Virus record (IMG/VR): IMGVR_UViG_3300035424_000154 | Span: 23,116 to 87,115 of that record | DNA from: a virus | Taxonomy: Duplodnaviria > Caudoviricetes | Strand: one strand, 5' to 3' | Length of the DNA stretch: 64,000 nucleotides | Part shown: positions 63,187-64,000 of the stretch, piece after piece | Numbering within the stretch: position 1 is the first letter of the stretch | How the letters are laid out: each line of letters begins with the position of its first letter | Notes under the pieces: generated by a model | Databases searched by the model: none | The model's input: the letters and a program-made list of their open reading frames with translations, nothing else | What the model was told of the DNA's origin: nothing | Program-made: the position numbers and the translations under genes

Positions 63187-63664
63187 GGACACCCACCTCT
63201 TCACCGGCACCATCGCCGACAACATCCGCTACGGCAAGCTGGACGCCACCGATGAGGAGGTCCGGGCGGCGGCGCGGCTGGCAAATGCGGACACCTTTAT
63301 CAGCCACCTGCCCGACGGCTACGACACCTGGATCACCGACGACGGCGGCAGTCTCAGCCAAGGGGAGCGGCAGCTGCTGGCAATCGCCCGGGCCGCCGTG
63401 GCGGACCCGCCGGTGCTGATCCTGGACGAAGCCACCAGCTCCATCGACACCCGGACGGAGAGGCTCATAGAAAAGGGGATGGACCAGCTGATGGCGGACC
63501 GTACCGTGTTTGTGATCGCCCACCGGCTGTCCACCGTCCGCAATGCAAAAGCGATCATGGTGCTGGAGCAGGGGGAGATCATCGAACGCGGCGACCACGA
63601 CGAGCTCATCGCCCAGGGCGGCAAGTACTACCAGCTGTACACCGGTCAGGCGGAGCTGAGCTGA
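63173..63664 (+). pseudogene. 3' part of host ABC exporter gene interrupted by the element
   Basis: QDTHLFTGTIADNIRYG, LSQGERQ, ILDEATS, VIAHRLST; Walker A and TM domain absent. Confidence 0.85.
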
Positions 63665-63810
63665 TGCGGGACATTTTTTGAAAGAAAAAGAATCAAAAAG
63701 AACATTTCGGGTAAAACTCTGTTTTGCCTGGAAGTGATAATTGCAACAGAATATTTGTCCAAAATGTGGTATACTAAAAATATCTGTCAAACAGAAAGGA
63801 GCGATTTCTT

Positions 63811-63966
63811 ATGAAATACGTTTGCGATGTCTGCGGCTACGAGTACGATGAGGCGCTGGGCGATCCCGATCACGGCATCGCCCCCGGCACCAAGTGGGAG
63901 GATATTCCCGCGGATTTCGAGTGCCCCCTGTGCGGCGTGGGTAAGGATCAGTTCTCCGCCGCCTGA
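63811..63966 (+). CDS. rub: Rubredoxin (host)
   Basis: [51 protein letters not shown]; GAAAGGAG RBS. Confidence 0.95.
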   Translation: MKYVCDVCGYEYDEALGDPDHGIAPGTKWEDIPADFECPLCGVGKDQFSAA

Positions 63967-64000
63967 TTCCCCCGCAGAAGAGGCGTCCCGGCTGAAACCA

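Noticed and set aside
63167-63790. 207-aa minus-strand ORF at the right end
   Set aside because: Antisense shadow of the GC-rich ABC transporter remnant

Overview
Bases 1 to about 63,180 are the right-hand part of a large integrated temperate phage or phage-like element with SPbeta-like organisation, in a high-GC Clostridia/Oscillospiraceae-like host (host assignment is inference). No capsid, tail or terminase genes are in the window. Left to right it holds: a methyltransferase-SNF2 fusion; an ImmR/ImmA switch with face-to-face promoters; an MrpR-like repressor; a 2-kb RNA array (one canonical tRNA-Ser, eight tRNA-like RNAs and four stand-alone stem-loop RNAs) directly upstream of a DUF2828 (TROVE/Ro60-like plus VWA) gene and a cysteine desulfurase; RNA end-repair enzymes; NAD+ salvage genes (pncA, prs, NAMPT-like, nadE, nadR, pnuC); several DNA methyltransferases, including a split, circularly permuted C5 enzyme punctuated by homopolymer tracts; an ABC/PspA/OmpA cluster; a replication and nucleotide module (Sak, SSB, PD-(D/E)XK, primase-helicase, DnaE, ThyX, NrdDG, dUTPase); and a TnpX-type serine recombinase. 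The element is inserted into a host ABC-transporter gene, which is followed by a host rubredoxin. The strongest candidate for an undescribed system is the RNA array: nine copies of a helix plus ACAGCAA module, either grafted into tRNA anticodon arms or free-standing in permuted form, beside the Ro60-like gene. All family assignments come from motif recognition by eye; no database search was run.
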